The notes under the pieces are model-generated. The model was not told where the DNA came from. It ran no database searches and saw only the letters and a list, made by a program, of their open reading frames with translations. Shown piece after piece: positions 1 through 9,793 of a stretch of 64,000 nucleotides of DNA. The position numbers and the translations under genes are program-made. Positions within the stretch are counted from its first letter, which is position 1, and each line of letters begins with the position of its first letter. Source of the stretch: a virus (Duplodnaviria > Heunggongvirae > Uroviricota > Caudoviricetes); the IMG/VR virus record IMGVR_UViG_3300038379_000173, positions 64,001 to 128,000 of that record. One strand, 5' to 3'.

Positions 1-537
1 AAAATGCACATCCCTATTCGTATCCACCCAGATGTTGACCTTCCGAAATTTACAATGGATGTCGTAACCAGGACCGAAGTGAATGGCCGAGCCTTCTAGG
101 AAGCCATCTAGGGTGTTCTCAGATATTGGGCGGTAGTGGTAAGGGTCTCTAAAATGATTGGCCGAAGTCCAATGCGGACATACCATATAGAATTGAGAAC
201 CATTACAACCAACACGCGCTATCTCATTCAGAATACCGATGAAGTGCTCGCCTTCCCTGATATGTTCCATGATATGCTGCGCCTGTAATCTTCCGCAGAA
301 TGTATTATCAGCAATAGGCCAGGGAGTCTGGGTTATGTCATGTTGTATAGTTTGCCCATATTGAAACATATCAATGGTAACGGAGTCTTTCAACCAGTGT
401 TCTGGACGGTCACCACAGCCAACATCTAGATTTGGTAATGAGTATTGAAGAAAATATTGCGGGTTGCGATTTTTAAAATACTCCAATTTCTCCAAATAAG
501 TAGGAGGCGACAAGTTTTCCATTCTGTTAGATAACAT
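1..537 (-). CDS. Class I SAM-dependent methyltransferase (type 11-like), 3' end runs off the window
   Basis: Not in the ORF track because no stop lies in the window. Manual translation from ATG at 537: MLSNRMENL...NLDVGCGDRP...HDITQTPWPIADNTF...QHIMEHI...VCPHWTS...RDPYHYRPISENT. Contains the DxGCG SAM-binding motif; GAGGT RBS upstream. Confidence 0.75.
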   Translation of the reverse strand, partial: MLSNRMENLSPPTYLEKLEYFKNRNPQYFLQYSLPNLDVGCGDRPEHWLKDSVTIDMFQYGQTIQHDITQTPWPIADNTFCGRLQAQHIMEHIREGEHFIGILNEIARVGCNGSQFYMVCPHWTSANHFRDPYHYRPISENTLDGFLEGSAIHFGPGYDIHCKFRKVNIWVDTNRDVHF

Positions 538-566
538 GCAACTCAAAATACCTCTATAGGTTAGCA

Positions 567-1352
567 TTAATATTGCCCCCTACTCTCTCCGCGTACCATG
601 TGATACGATATAGCATCCCCAGCTATGAAAGAAGGAAAACCCGCCCGCTCATACCTGTCGTGAATGATAACATCGCCCGTGAAGCCTCTTTCAAGGGCTG
701 GCATTGGTCCAAAACGCTTAAACAACTCTTTGGATTGTAGCCAACTTACAGAATCACCACGATAGTGCGGGAATCCAAGTGAAGAATTAAACGCCCCCGG
801 CTTACCTTCCCATCTTTCCATCGCTTCCTTAATGGTGAAAAGCCGCGGCTCCTTTATACTATCACAGAATGATATAAATTCGCCCTCTTTGTAAGTAGCC
901 GCAGTTGTTCCAAAGTCTCGGACATAATGACGTGAGCCGTTGGCTAGTGGACTTTCAATACAATTGAAATTAACAATGCATTCGCGACCTACTACTTTGT
1001 AATGTTCAAGTGCACGTGCAAATGAGCCGGGATAGAATGTCTGGTCACTACCGCCGCGGATTGTGAGTGGCGCTGTGCCCATCAATTGCACACGGTTCCA
1101 AGCATTATAGAGACGCACCAAGAAAGATTGCCGCGGGTCCTCATAAACACATTCATATTCTATGCGATTTAACTTGGCTATCTCTACTAATTTGTCGGTA
1201 ATAGCACGAGGAATGGTCTCGTTGTAGTAAATATAAACATTGAACCTCCAACGTTCACGGTCTATCCCGGCGTTCCTCTGTACGTTGTCGATATGAAACG
1301 CAAAAAGTTCGGGGTCGCGCCCAATGATTGTATTGTAATCAAATTCAGTCAT
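567..1352 (-). CDS. Divergent GT-A fold glycosyltransferase-like protein
   Basis: Pattern resembles GT2: RLYNAWN...IRGGSDQ (DxD-like), W..SKELF.RFG, TGDVIIHDR, YHMVRGE; sits in a GT cluster. Confidence 0.5.
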   Translation of the reverse strand: MTEFDYNTIIGRDPELFAFHIDNVQRNAGIDRERWRFNVYIYYNETIPRAITDKLVEIAKLNRIEYECVYEDPRQSFLVRLYNAWNRVQLMGTAPLTIRGGSDQTFYPGSFARALEHYKVVGRECIVNFNCIESPLANGSRHYVRDFGTTAATYKEGEFISFCDSIKEPRLFTIKEAMERWEGKPGAFNSSLGFPHYRGDSVSWLQSKELFKRFGPMPALERGFTGDVIIHDRYERAGFPSFIAGDAISYHMVRGESRGQY

Positions 1353-2157
1353 AAGACTTCACGCGTCCTTCTTTGATTTCAGAGCGCAACTTTTCAATAC
1401 GACGATTGGCGACTCCAACATTGTGTGTTGTGTGCCACACTCCGGTTAATCTTTCGTGGTCTTGATGTACTACGAAATAGTCACAAGCGCAAATAAACTT
1501 CGCATTCACGACCTGGAGTTTTTGAACAAATTCATCATCTTCCCCAGCCCCAGCTTTATAATCCAACCCGTAGATATCTAATTTATCCAAACAATTCTTT
1601 GAAAAAGCACTTACCTATGGATAATAGTTTTGATTATGGTCTATGTGCCAGGCGTCTTTTTGTACCGCAAAAACTTCGTGCAATTGTAGTAAGGCGGCCC
1701 GCTGTTGTGTTATACGACAAAGATTACTGAACACATATCTATTTATATCACAAAGGGCGGCTATCATCTCCAGATGACGTGAACTACCCCAAAGCATATC
1801 CGCACCAGACTTTATTACATAGTTATATTTCAGATACTCAAAACCTTTGTTATAAGCCCTAGAGCTATTAAGAATGTTATCAAGTGTAGCTCCAGTTGAG
1901 ACTATAGAGACATCTAACCATTTGGGAACAGGCGCTATGTCAAGAAACATTCGGACATTATCTAAATTGTCATTTCCACCATCGTCAACTATAATGAGGT
2001 GAACTGGAATGTCAGCGGCGTTTTCCTGGGCGGCTATCGACCAAAGTGCGCGCAATGCGTTATCTACACGCTTGCAGACCGGCATAATGATATCAAAGCC
2101 AGTAGGGCGCAATTGACCTGGAGGACGTTCTAGACATGTGATGTGGCTAATATGCAT
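1345..2157 (-). pseudogene. GT2-family glycosyltransferase interrupted by one in-frame TAG (1615-1617)
   Basis: ORFs 1615..2157 (IIMPV, IIVDDGG, NKG, GAD) and 1345..1590 (GLDYKAGAGEDDEFVQKL...HQDH) share a frame. The 24 nt between them read openly: YYP*VSAFSKNCLDKLDIYGLD. Confidence 0.75.
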
Positions 2158-3243
2158 CTAAGAATATTTGCCCCAAGCTTTCTGCGCATTACCCAATAAG
2201 ATAGCAACTATTTTGGAAGCAACCTCACGATTGTATGGCGAAGTATCTCCGCTGTGCGAATAATCCGTTGATAATAAGAATTTAGCCGCAGTCACTATAT
2301 CATCATTAACATCAACGAGTATAGTTGAGCGATTTTGAAGAAGTTCAACTCGTTCTGTTTTTTCACGAATTTGTAAACAAGGCACACCAAGCGTATAACA
2401 TTCTTCGGGAACTGTGCCGCTATCAGAAATAACTAAGGCAGCACTATTCATTAGGTTTAGGAATGACAGATATGGTTGTGGTTCTATAATAGTTAGGCGT
2501 CCATATCCATCTTTGGCGGCTTCGCGCAACTTCGGCATTTCGATAATAACAACTGGTATTGCCAAAGATTCACGTAGCTCATTCAATTGTTTCAATATAG
2601 AATTGAGTCGCACCGTGTTTGTAACATTCTCGGCACGATGACATGTAACTAGCACATATTCTTTATGAAGTAATGAGTATGGCAAGATGCTATTTTGTAT
2701 GCGCCATTTATTGCTGAATGTTACATCCACTATGGGATTGCCTACCACCCAGATAGACCGCGAGTCAATATTTTCGCGCAGGAGATTAGCACGATGCTCC
2801 TCTGTATAGCAAAAATGAATGGCCGCCAAGTGGTCCACAACGGTGCGATTTTTTTCTTCTGGCATCTTCCAATTGAAAGAGCGGCCCCCACTTTCGATAT
2901 GAACGATTGGGATGTTGAGATTGGCCGCGACTAACGCTGTGGCCAAACTACTATTGTTGTCGCCCAAAATAACAACAAAGGCCGGCTGCTCGTCCTTCAG
3001 CACCCTTTCAAACTCTACCATTATCCGGCCGATTTGTTCTACTTGAGTGGCCGCCTTAGTCTCCAATCGATAGTTTGGTTCGCGCACACCCAACTGTTCA
3101 TACATTACTTTGTTTAAGTTGTAGTCGTAGTGCTGTCCAGTGTCAACCGTAATATTATTGAACCATTTGTCTAACTCGGCTGTAATGAGGCTAAGTCTAA
3201 TAATGTCTGGTCTGCATCCTATAACGGTGACTATTTTTATCAT
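2158..3243 (-). CDS. UDP-N-acetylhexosamine 2-epimerase (non-hydrolysing; FnlC/WbjD/CapG-like)
   Basis: Motifs VIGCRPDIIRL, TGQHYDY, VILGD, HIESGGRS, MPEEKNR, VVGNP, TCHRAENV, ISDSGTVPEE. Confidence 0.9.
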   Translation of the reverse strand: MIKIVTVIGCRPDIIRLSLITAELDKWFNNITVDTGQHYDYNLNKVMYEQLGVREPNYRLETKAATQVEQIGRIMVEFERVLKDEQPAFVVILGDNNSSLATALVAANLNIPIVHIESGGRSFNWKMPEEKNRTVVDHLAAIHFCYTEEHRANLLRENIDSRSIWVVGNPIVDVTFSNKWRIQNSILPYSLLHKEYVLVTCHRAENVTNTVRLNSILKQLNELRESLAIPVVIIEMPKLREAAKDGYGRLTIIEPQPYLSFLNLMNSAALVISDSGTVPEECYTLGVPCLQIREKTERVELLQNRSTILVDVNDDIVTAAKFLLSTDYSHSGDTSPYNREVASKIVAILLGNAQKAWGKYS

Positions 3244-4097
3244 ACTACTTCCTCGAGTGGGATTTGGTGTCTATCAGAAGCCGCTCTTAATGTTTTCCTA
3301 AACAAATATCTATAACATTGGGGTTTTTGTAGATAATCTAATAATCGGATTACCTGTTTACCACCATATTGCAAACTATACGTGCCATTTGTTGGTCGAA
3401 TTGCAACTCTACCAAGTCCACAAGTTTCTTCTAAGACTGTACGTAAGTCGTGCAAAAAAGATTCAGTACTAGCAATTTCTACTCGTAAAACAACGCCAGA
3501 ACTCGTTCTTTCAAATTTTAAACATCCATTACCATCGTAATAGCCACGAATAAAATGTCGTAAGTTATCCTTATCAAGGATTTTAGTAGGGAAAATACCT
3601 ATTTTTGTTTTGTTCGGCAATATATTGAAATTATTAACTAAATCGCATTTAATCTGTGCATAAGAACAAGAAAAGCGACAAGTCGCCTTATCGGCGTTTA
3701 TTATTGGTTTTACATCTAACTGTATATCTTCCAAAAATTGTTCGAGATGCATGATGTCTTTAACTGATATATCAAGTGTCAAACAGTTACTATCATTATC
3801 AAGACTGCCGTCTGCACTAAGATATCCAGCCCAATAACACGACAATGAATTAAAATGAGAAAAAAAGTTTTCATTAAGCGGACACTTACTAAATTTATAA
3901 CGCATTAAGTTGGCTTCAGAACGAGACCTAATTGGAACTTTTTCTTCTTTCAAAATAATCTTTATCGGAACAATTGAAACGCCAAAATGTAAAGCTATTT
4001 TATCAATTGATAAACCGCTATTATACAAATCACAAACTTCCCGACGAGATTCTTCTGTAAGGAAAAGACGCTTCTGGCGAGCCACATTAAATCTCAA
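3240..4097 (-). mobile_element. Free-standing LAGLIDADG homing endonuclease with N-terminal HTH
   Basis: Two LAGLIDADG-type helices (YWAGYLSADGS; HFIRGYYDGNG), N-terminal HTH (LYNSGLSIDKIALHFGVS), C-terminal YLFRK. True start may be GTG at about 4085. Confidence 0.8.
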
Positions 4098-4124
4098 CTT
4101 TCAGTCTTGTTACAATTTTCCGCT

Positions 4125-4946
4125 TCACTTCCCCATCCATCCTTTAAGGTCAACAAGCATTTCATTGAAACCCTTTGGGGCTAAAGTTGTATTTAATGGA
4201 TGAATGGTCCGCAGTCGCCTATCTATAGGATGAGGCGCAACCACTTCTTTTAGTGAAGCATCAACTGTAAAAAGCTTCAAAATCTTCGATACCATGGAAT
4301 ACTTACTAATATCTTCGGAAAAGATATGCCGTGTGCCAACGACCCAGAGGTTATCTACCATGATATCTCTAATGCACCGTGCCAACTCTAAGGTGGTCAA
4401 TCCATTCCATAGGTGATTATTAAATCCATTGATGTCCTTGCCGCCCTGACTCAATACCCACTCAAAAAATGATGATTTTCTGCCGCGGATTTCTGGCCCA
4501 ATGATACTGGTGCGCAAATTCATACAGTCGGTCGGCTCACCAAGCGCCTTTGATTGTCCGTAGATGTCAGTGGCATCCGCTGGACAGAGTTCCGTATAAA
4601 ACATTGAAGACCCAGAATAGGCGCAATCGCTCGTCACATGGATAAGTTTAGCCCCCAACATACCACAGAGGCGGCTTAAAATCCATGGAAAGACTGCATT
4701 GGTATAAATACACTCTGGCTCATTGCCCGCCTTGAAGACTGGCTTAATAGCCCCAATACAATTGATAACATAGTCAGTATTTCTATCTATATGTCGCGCG
4801 AGCCGCGCCTCTAAAAATGTTGCGCCCGGCCGCACGTCAATGACATCGCGCCCCAACCCTACGACTTCAAAGCGCGCGTCCTTGCGCAAGTAATCCTGGA
4901 CCATATGGCCCAGCATTCCAGTATTGCCCAACACCACCACTTTCAT
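4125..4946 (-). CDS. RmlD-like (dTDP-4-dehydrorhamnose reductase family) SDR
   Basis: GNTGMLG, VINCIG, IHVTSDCAYSG, YGQSKALGE, RTSIIGPE, WNGLTT. Confidence 0.85.
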   Translation of the reverse strand: MKVVVLGNTGMLGHMVQDYLRKDARFEVVGLGRDVIDVRPGATFLEARLARHIDRNTDYVINCIGAIKPVFKAGNEPECIYTNAVFPWILSRLCGMLGAKLIHVTSDCAYSGSSMFYTELCPADATDIYGQSKALGEPTDCMNLRTSIIGPEIRGRKSSFFEWVLSQGGKDINGFNNHLWNGLTTLELARCIRDIMVDNLWVVGTRHIFSEDISKYSMVSKILKLFTVDASLKEVVAPHPIDRRLRTIHPLNTTLAPKGFNEMLVDLKGWMGK

Positions 4947-5428
4947 CGCGGCACCACATTGAAGAAATGAAGGTCAGTATCAGTAAATGGCAACCTAACA
5001 TCGTCTCCGAGAGCTTTCACACTACTCATTGATAGTGTAGAGAAAACCACCAGGATTGTATCGCTAGACAATGACATAGCTCCATTGTACCAACCAGGCG
5101 GCACCCAATAAATGGAAGGTTTGCAAGCTGCCAAAGTAGTTGAAACAACTTCATCTGCGCAGGCCGCCCTGTCTTTTAGGATAGGCTTACACACTATTTT
5201 GGTCGCACCACTCACAACGTGCAGACCAGTCCAAGCGTGAGTGTGACCGTGAAACGCACGAATATAGCCAACCTGCCAGTTGCGCACAACATAGCTTCGT
5301 GTTATAGTCGGTACCGCAATATATTCCTCTCCAACCTTATAAGTCAATGCATCCATCTCATCGATGATGCCGTGAACAACCCCGCGGTCATCCACAAACT
5401 GCGGAAGTTCAATTAGGAACGGTTTCAT
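4943..5428 (-). CDS. Cupin, RmlC/FdtA-like nucleotide-sugar epimerase/isomerase
   Basis: Start refined to ATG 5428 (MKPFLIELPQFVDDRG). Motifs DDRG, IRAFHGH, YWVPPGWYNG. Confidence 0.75.
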   Translation of the reverse strand: MKPFLIELPQFVDDRGVVHGIIDEMDALTYKVGEEYIAVPTITRSYVVRNWQVGYIRAFHGHTHAWTGLHVVSGATKIVCKPILKDRAACADEVVSTTLAACKPSIYWVPPGWYNGAMSLSSDTILVVFSTLSMSSVKALGDDVRLPFTDTDLHFFNVVPR

Positions 5429-6392
5429 ATCTATCCTTGATGTAAAGAGCATTATGATATACTTTATCCCAAAGGTCGGCCACACTTCCACTACGTGCCT
5501 TGGCAGCTAACTCCAAGATACCTTCTTTGAGTGTCTTCATTGGAATGAATCCTGCTGCGGCAGCCTTCTCTGTGCTAACCCTGTAATTTCTAAGGTCTTC
5601 GAACTTATTCTCGGTAATTTCCATGGCTGTAGAGGGGTCTAGATTTAAAGTGTCAATGATAGTCTGGGCTATTTCAAGTACCGTAAAATTGCCACAAGCT
5701 AAATTGTATGTGCCAACACGCGGCCTTATATACCAGCTACTACACCTGACCATTGCATATGCAGCATCTTGAACGTGTAAAAGTGGACGCCATTGCTGGC
5801 CGCCAAAGATTGTTAATTTCTGCCCCTCTACTGCTTTGAAGGTTAGAATATTGGTTACAAGGTCACAACGAAGTCGTCCGAATTCAGCACTGCGACCAAA
5901 AAGCGTACCGAGACGAAAAATATAATGGTTGGGGACTTGACGCACATATTCTTCAGCAGCTAATTTTGTGCCGGCATATAGACTAAGAGGATTAGTTGGA
6001 CTATTTTCATCTATTAATGAGTCGGCCGCGCCATACACGCTACAGGTTGATGCAAAGATAAGCCGCGCCCCTAAACTAGCACATATTTCAGCAATGTTTT
6101 TAGTAGCTACCTCATTAACTGCAACTGTTAGGGTTGGATTAACTGCGCAAGCCCCATCTCCAACAATGGCCGCAAGATGTATGACTTCTTTAACATCATG
6201 TGAGATAAAAAGTTCCTTGAGTTGCTTTGTGTCCCTAACGTCTGCGCGCTTAAAAATCAGGTTGGGATGTTCGCGGTCATACCTCCCACCGTAAAGCAAA
6301 TTGTCTATGGCTAATACCTTATAGTTACATCCTAATGCTAATTTTACTGCACAGTCGCCTAAATACCCAGCCGCGCCTAAAATCGCAATCAT
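5409..6392 (-). CDS. NAD-dependent nucleotide-sugar epimerase/dehydratase
   Basis: Start refined to ATG 6392 (RBS GAGGTTAGGG). GAAGYLG, HLAAIVG, FASTCSVYG, YAGTK, RLGTLFG, WRPLLHVQD. Confidence 0.9.
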   Translation of the reverse strand: MIAILGAAGYLGDCAVKLALGCNYKVLAIDNLLYGGRYDREHPNLIFKRADVRDTKQLKELFISHDVKEVIHLAAIVGDGACAVNPTLTVAVNEVATKNIAEICASLGARLIFASTCSVYGAADSLIDENSPTNPLSLYAGTKLAAEEYVRQVPNHYIFRLGTLFGRSAEFGRLRCDLVTNILTFKAVEGQKLTIFGGQQWRPLLHVQDAAYAMVRCSSWYIRPRVGTYNLACGNFTVLEIAQTIIDTLNLDPSTAMEITENKFEDLRNYRVSTEKAAAAGFIPMKTLKEGILELAAKARSGSVADLWDKVYHNALYIKDRYETVPN

Positions 6393-6574
6393 TTCCCTAA
6401 CCTCTTTAGATGCCACAAGTGTGCCTTTTCTATGTAGGCCGCCAAAATTCCCGCCGTTATTTTCTGCTCTAATAAAATGACAGGGCCGCCGCAAAAACAT
6501 ACAGTAATATACTCTGGGCCAAGTTGGCCGCACCGTAGACACTTACGTATACGCACGCGCACACCATATTGCAA
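6389..6574 (-). CDS. Small putative zinc-ribbon protein
   Basis: CLRCG...CFCGG pattern. Fills an otherwise empty gap, and its TGA overlaps the epimerase ATG (ATGA coupling). Confidence 0.45.
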   Translation of the reverse strand: MQYGVRVRIRKCLRCGQLGPEYITVCFCGGPVILLEQKITAGILAAYIEKAHLWHLKRLGK

Positions 6575-7403
6575 GTATCATAAGGATGAGGCATTGTGCT
6601 ACGACTTTACACAATTCCCTCAGCCACACAATATCATCAGCAGACAACCAAGAATCATCTGGTGGAGATAACATCCCAAGGAGATTTTTGGCCGCCATCT
6701 CCTGTTCTATAGTATCCATTGGAACAAACATTGACATCGAAAATATAGGAAGACGTAATTGTAATTGACCAACCGACAGTACAAATTCATCATCTCCCTT
6801 CGGAACAATTACACGAAATTGGCCCACGGCGTTAAATGCCTCAACTCTTACTAAAACTCCATAAACTTCCTTAGTTGAAGAATCAAAAACACCGCCTCCG
6901 CTATTGCCAAAAACTGCATGACAAACTGTGCGTCCTAATCCTGGTATTGATTCACCTATTACTCCAGGAGAAACCAAAAGTGGTTTACCAAGCGGTGCTC
7001 CGGCGATATGAACTTCTGTGCCAATTTTAGGAATAACTTTAGCGCACATAATGGTGCTTTTAAAATCAATATTAATAGGTTCTATGAATGCAAAGTCGCT
7101 ACGTTCTGAAACATATGCGACTCGTCCATTATACACCCTACGTATATCTCCAAAAAATTCAATTGAAACAACCCTGTCATTCTCTTCTTCTATTTCGCCA
7201 ACAACATGAGCGGCAGTCAGTACGTAGCCGGAAGCTAATAAAACCCCACTCCCAGTCCTATTTTCTTTGCGCACCAAACAAGAAGCATTAACAGTCTCAC
7301 GTTTGGCCGCCACCACTCTACTATATTCAGGCGGCTGGTTTAGATAGATAACAAGAAGGGCTCCAAGCACAGCAGATAATAAAACACTAATGACTTTTTT
7401 CAT
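6543..7403 (-). CDS. Membrane-anchored trypsin-like serine protease
   Basis: Catalytic triad motifs VLTAAHV, SDFAFI, GNSGGGVF; hydrophobic N-terminal and C-terminal helices. Confidence 0.85.
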   Translation of the reverse strand: MKKVISVLLSAVLGALLVIYLNQPPEYSRVVAAKRETVNASCLVRKENRTGSGVLLASGYVLTAAHVVGEIEEENDRVVSIEFFGDIRRVYNGRVAYVSERSDFAFIEPINIDFKSTIMCAKVIPKIGTEVHIAGAPLGKPLLVSPGVIGESIPGLGRTVCHAVFGNSGGGVFDSSTKEVYGVLVRVEAFNAVGQFRVIVPKGDDEFVLSVGQLQLRLPIFSMSMFVPMDTIEQEMAAKNLLGMLSPPDDSWLSADDIVWLRELCKVVAQCLILMILAIWCARAYT

Positions 7404-8139
7404 ATGTAGCCTTCAGTTTCGTAAGTGGCGTTCCAAATATTTCATTGGGCGAAATAGCCGGAATAACGTCGTAAATCCATTCGGGTTGCGTTGCAAGGAC
7501 ACGTAGTGTTGATTCGTCTATGAGACGGTCTAGTGCCCATCCATGCTGGCCATGTGAACGATACAAAAAATACTTACGTAATATGGCTTCTGTTGAAGCA
7601 AAACCCCAATGGATGATTTTAATATCAGACATACGCTCATTATCCGTGGCGCCAATTGGATAGTTAGTACGATGTAGACCACGACCAGGAGCGAATCTCA
7701 AACCGCCCGGAGGTACCACCCATAGCTTGTTAAAAATTCCGCGCCCCCAATCGCCATCAACTCTGTAGAAGGCAGAATGGCGCCAAAGATTGATAAAATG
7801 AAAGGCATAGTTATAAGGACGTTGCGCAAGGTCTCGTAGAAATAAATGTTGACCACTCTCTATTGTTTCATCCGCATCTTGAAACCAAATGCGTGTTGCA
7901 CCTTCTTCAATGGCTCTATCTACCAATAGTTGCTTGTGTGCTGTTTCGTTGGCGAAATCATTCTTAATGCCCCACGTTACCTTGCACCCACATTTCTTAT
8001 ATAGGTCATCTGGAACATCCGTACTACCATCATCATAGATATATATATCATCCACGAAGGTACGCATTGAAGCGAGGGCGCGAACTAAATTACCATTGCC
8101 AACTTCATTGTAAACCTGCATGATGGCGGCTAACTTCAT
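7387..8139 (-). CDS. GT2-like glycosyltransferase (paralog 1)
   Basis: QVYNE, YIYDDGSTD, FQDADE, GLH..NYP, IHWGF. Confidence 0.8.
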   Translation of the reverse strand: MKLAAIMQVYNEVGNGNLVRALASMRTFVDDIYIYDDGSTDVPDDLYKKCGCKVTWGIKNDFANETAHKQLLVDRAIEEGATRIWFQDADETIESGQHLFLRDLAQRPYNYAFHFINLWRHSAFYRVDGDWGRGIFNKLWVVPPGGLRFAPGRGLHRTNYPIGATDNERMSDIKIIHWGFASTEAILRKYFLYRSHGQHGWALDRLIDESTLRVLATQPEWIYDVIPAISPNEIFGTPLTKLKATYEKSH

Positions 8140-8918
8140 ACTTTTTTCACCAGCGGAGTATTAAAAACTTCGCGACCTGGCCCATAAACATAACGCAAAC
8201 AGCTTGGAGAGACTTTTAATGTGCTTTCATCTATCAATCGAGTCAATGCCGCGCCGCTTTGACCATGAGCCTTATACATACGATACTTACGTAAAATAGA
8301 ATCATCAGAAGCGAACCCGTAGTGAGTCACACGAACGCTACTATCTAGTACGCGGTCAATCCCGAATGGATAAAGGCGCTGATGTAATCCACGGCCGACT
8401 TGAAAATTCTTACATGAACTTGCTTTCCAAACTCGACAAAATTGTCCTTGTGCCCACAAACCATCAACCCGTTTAAACCTATCAGTTCTCCACAAATTAT
8501 CTTCATACATAACTAGACCGTCTAAATTCTCATCCCACATACGACGAATTTCGCTATAAAGCGGTCCCAAGTCATTAATGCACTCGTCAATATCCAGCCA
8601 CAAAATAACATCAGGATTGATTGATAAACACTTCTCTAAAGCGCGCTGTTTGTGAGCTAGTTCGTTCTTAAAATCGTTATGCTCCCCACGAATAATAAGA
8701 ATATCACGCAATTGACCCTCGTCACGAACCACCCAAGGAATCCATTTGTCTTCAACGTATTGGACAGAACTATCCGTGCTAGCATCGTCATAGAGAACAA
8801 GAGCGTCGCAATAAGTAGATATATTGCGCATGAAACGCTCTAGGTTGGTTAAACCGTCATGCCCCCTGTAAGTATTTTCGTTAAAACATTGCGCCATACA
8901 CACTATACGCATTGTCAT
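8136..8918 (-). CDS. GT2-like glycosyltransferase (paralog 2)
   Basis: Start refined to ATG 8918. LYDDASTD, WLDIDE, GLHQRLYP, THYGF. Confidence 0.8.
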   Translation of the reverse strand: MTMRIVCMAQCFNENTYRGHDGLTNLERFMRNISTYCDALVLYDDASTDSSVQYVEDKWIPWVVRDEGQLRDILIIRGEHNDFKNELAHKQRALEKCLSINPDVILWLDIDECINDLGPLYSEIRRMWDENLDGLVMYEDNLWRTDRFKRVDGLWAQGQFCRVWKASSCKNFQVGRGLHQRLYPFGIDRVLDSSVRVTHYGFASDDSILRKYRMYKAHGQSGAALTRLIDESTLKVSPSCLRYVYGPGREVFNTPLVKKV

Positions 8919-9793
8919 AGACGAGTAGCAACCTCCACTATCTGGCGCGCACATTGCTCATACGAAAGAGCATTAACAATCTCACGGCCGATTTTCTTCG
9001 AACTAACCATACCTTCGAGAAGTGTCGCCAAATCCTCCACTGACCCTGTCTTGAAAAAATCCACAAGGTCCCTACCATATGTTAATTCATATACCCAACC
9101 CACGTCTGGGGCAATAACCCTGATACCTTTGGCAAGGGCCTCAAGGAAACTAATAGGGCCGCCCTCCCATTTTGAGGGGATTAAGACGTAGTCAACTAGG
9201 TCATACACGATGTTATATTCTGTCGGATATGAGATTTCACTGTCCTTATAGTATAAGCATTCGATGTCGTTAGCGTGGGCTTTATCTATCACCCCCTCCC
9301 AGTCATTCCCAATAAAATGCCAACGAAAATCCCGCGCAACTTCAAAATCAAAAAGTCGCAGCATGAAATCATAGCCCTTACCTTCATACTTGCCGCGCTG
9401 AAAAATTCCAATGCGAGGCTTACGAAACACAAGTGCATCAGGTGTTTCCCATGGACGCATTATGGACATTTTGGAAAGAGGATAAAACTTCGATTCCGCA
9501 AATAAAAATTGATAGCGCTCGGCCATGTGGAAAATGTGGTCAAGGGAAGCTACAACGGGCCGCACCGTTTGTATGTCATCAGCATGCACGTGCGTAAAGA
9601 GTCCTATATCTTTAGTAGACGTTTTGCCCCAGTAACAATTTGAAATATCGCAATAGAAATTTACATCTTCGCGACCAGGTCCATGGGTAAGAGTAAACTG
9701 ACCTAATCCAGCCGCATTGCCGGCATCTACAATGCGACGTGCGATTTGCTGGAGAATCCAGCCACTCTGAACTGTTACAACATTAACTTTCAC
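8915..9793 (-). CDS. GT4-like (GT-B) glycosyltransferase
   Basis: KGYD, DYVLIPSKWEGGPISFLEALAKG...PDVG. Confidence 0.8.
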   Translation of the reverse strand: MKVNVVTVQSGWILQQIARRIVDAGNAAGLGQFTLTHGPGREDVNFYCDISNCYWGKTSTKDIGLFTHVHADDIQTVRPVVASLDHIFHMAERYQFLFAESKFYPLSKMSIMRPWETPDALVFRKPRIGIFQRGKYEGKGYDFMLRLFDFEVARDFRWHFIGNDWEGVIDKAHANDIECLYYKDSEISYPTEYNIVYDLVDYVLIPSKWEGGPISFLEALAKGIRVIAPDVGWVYELTYGRDLVDFFKTGSVEDLATLLEGMVSSKKIGREIVNALSYEQCARQIVEVATRL

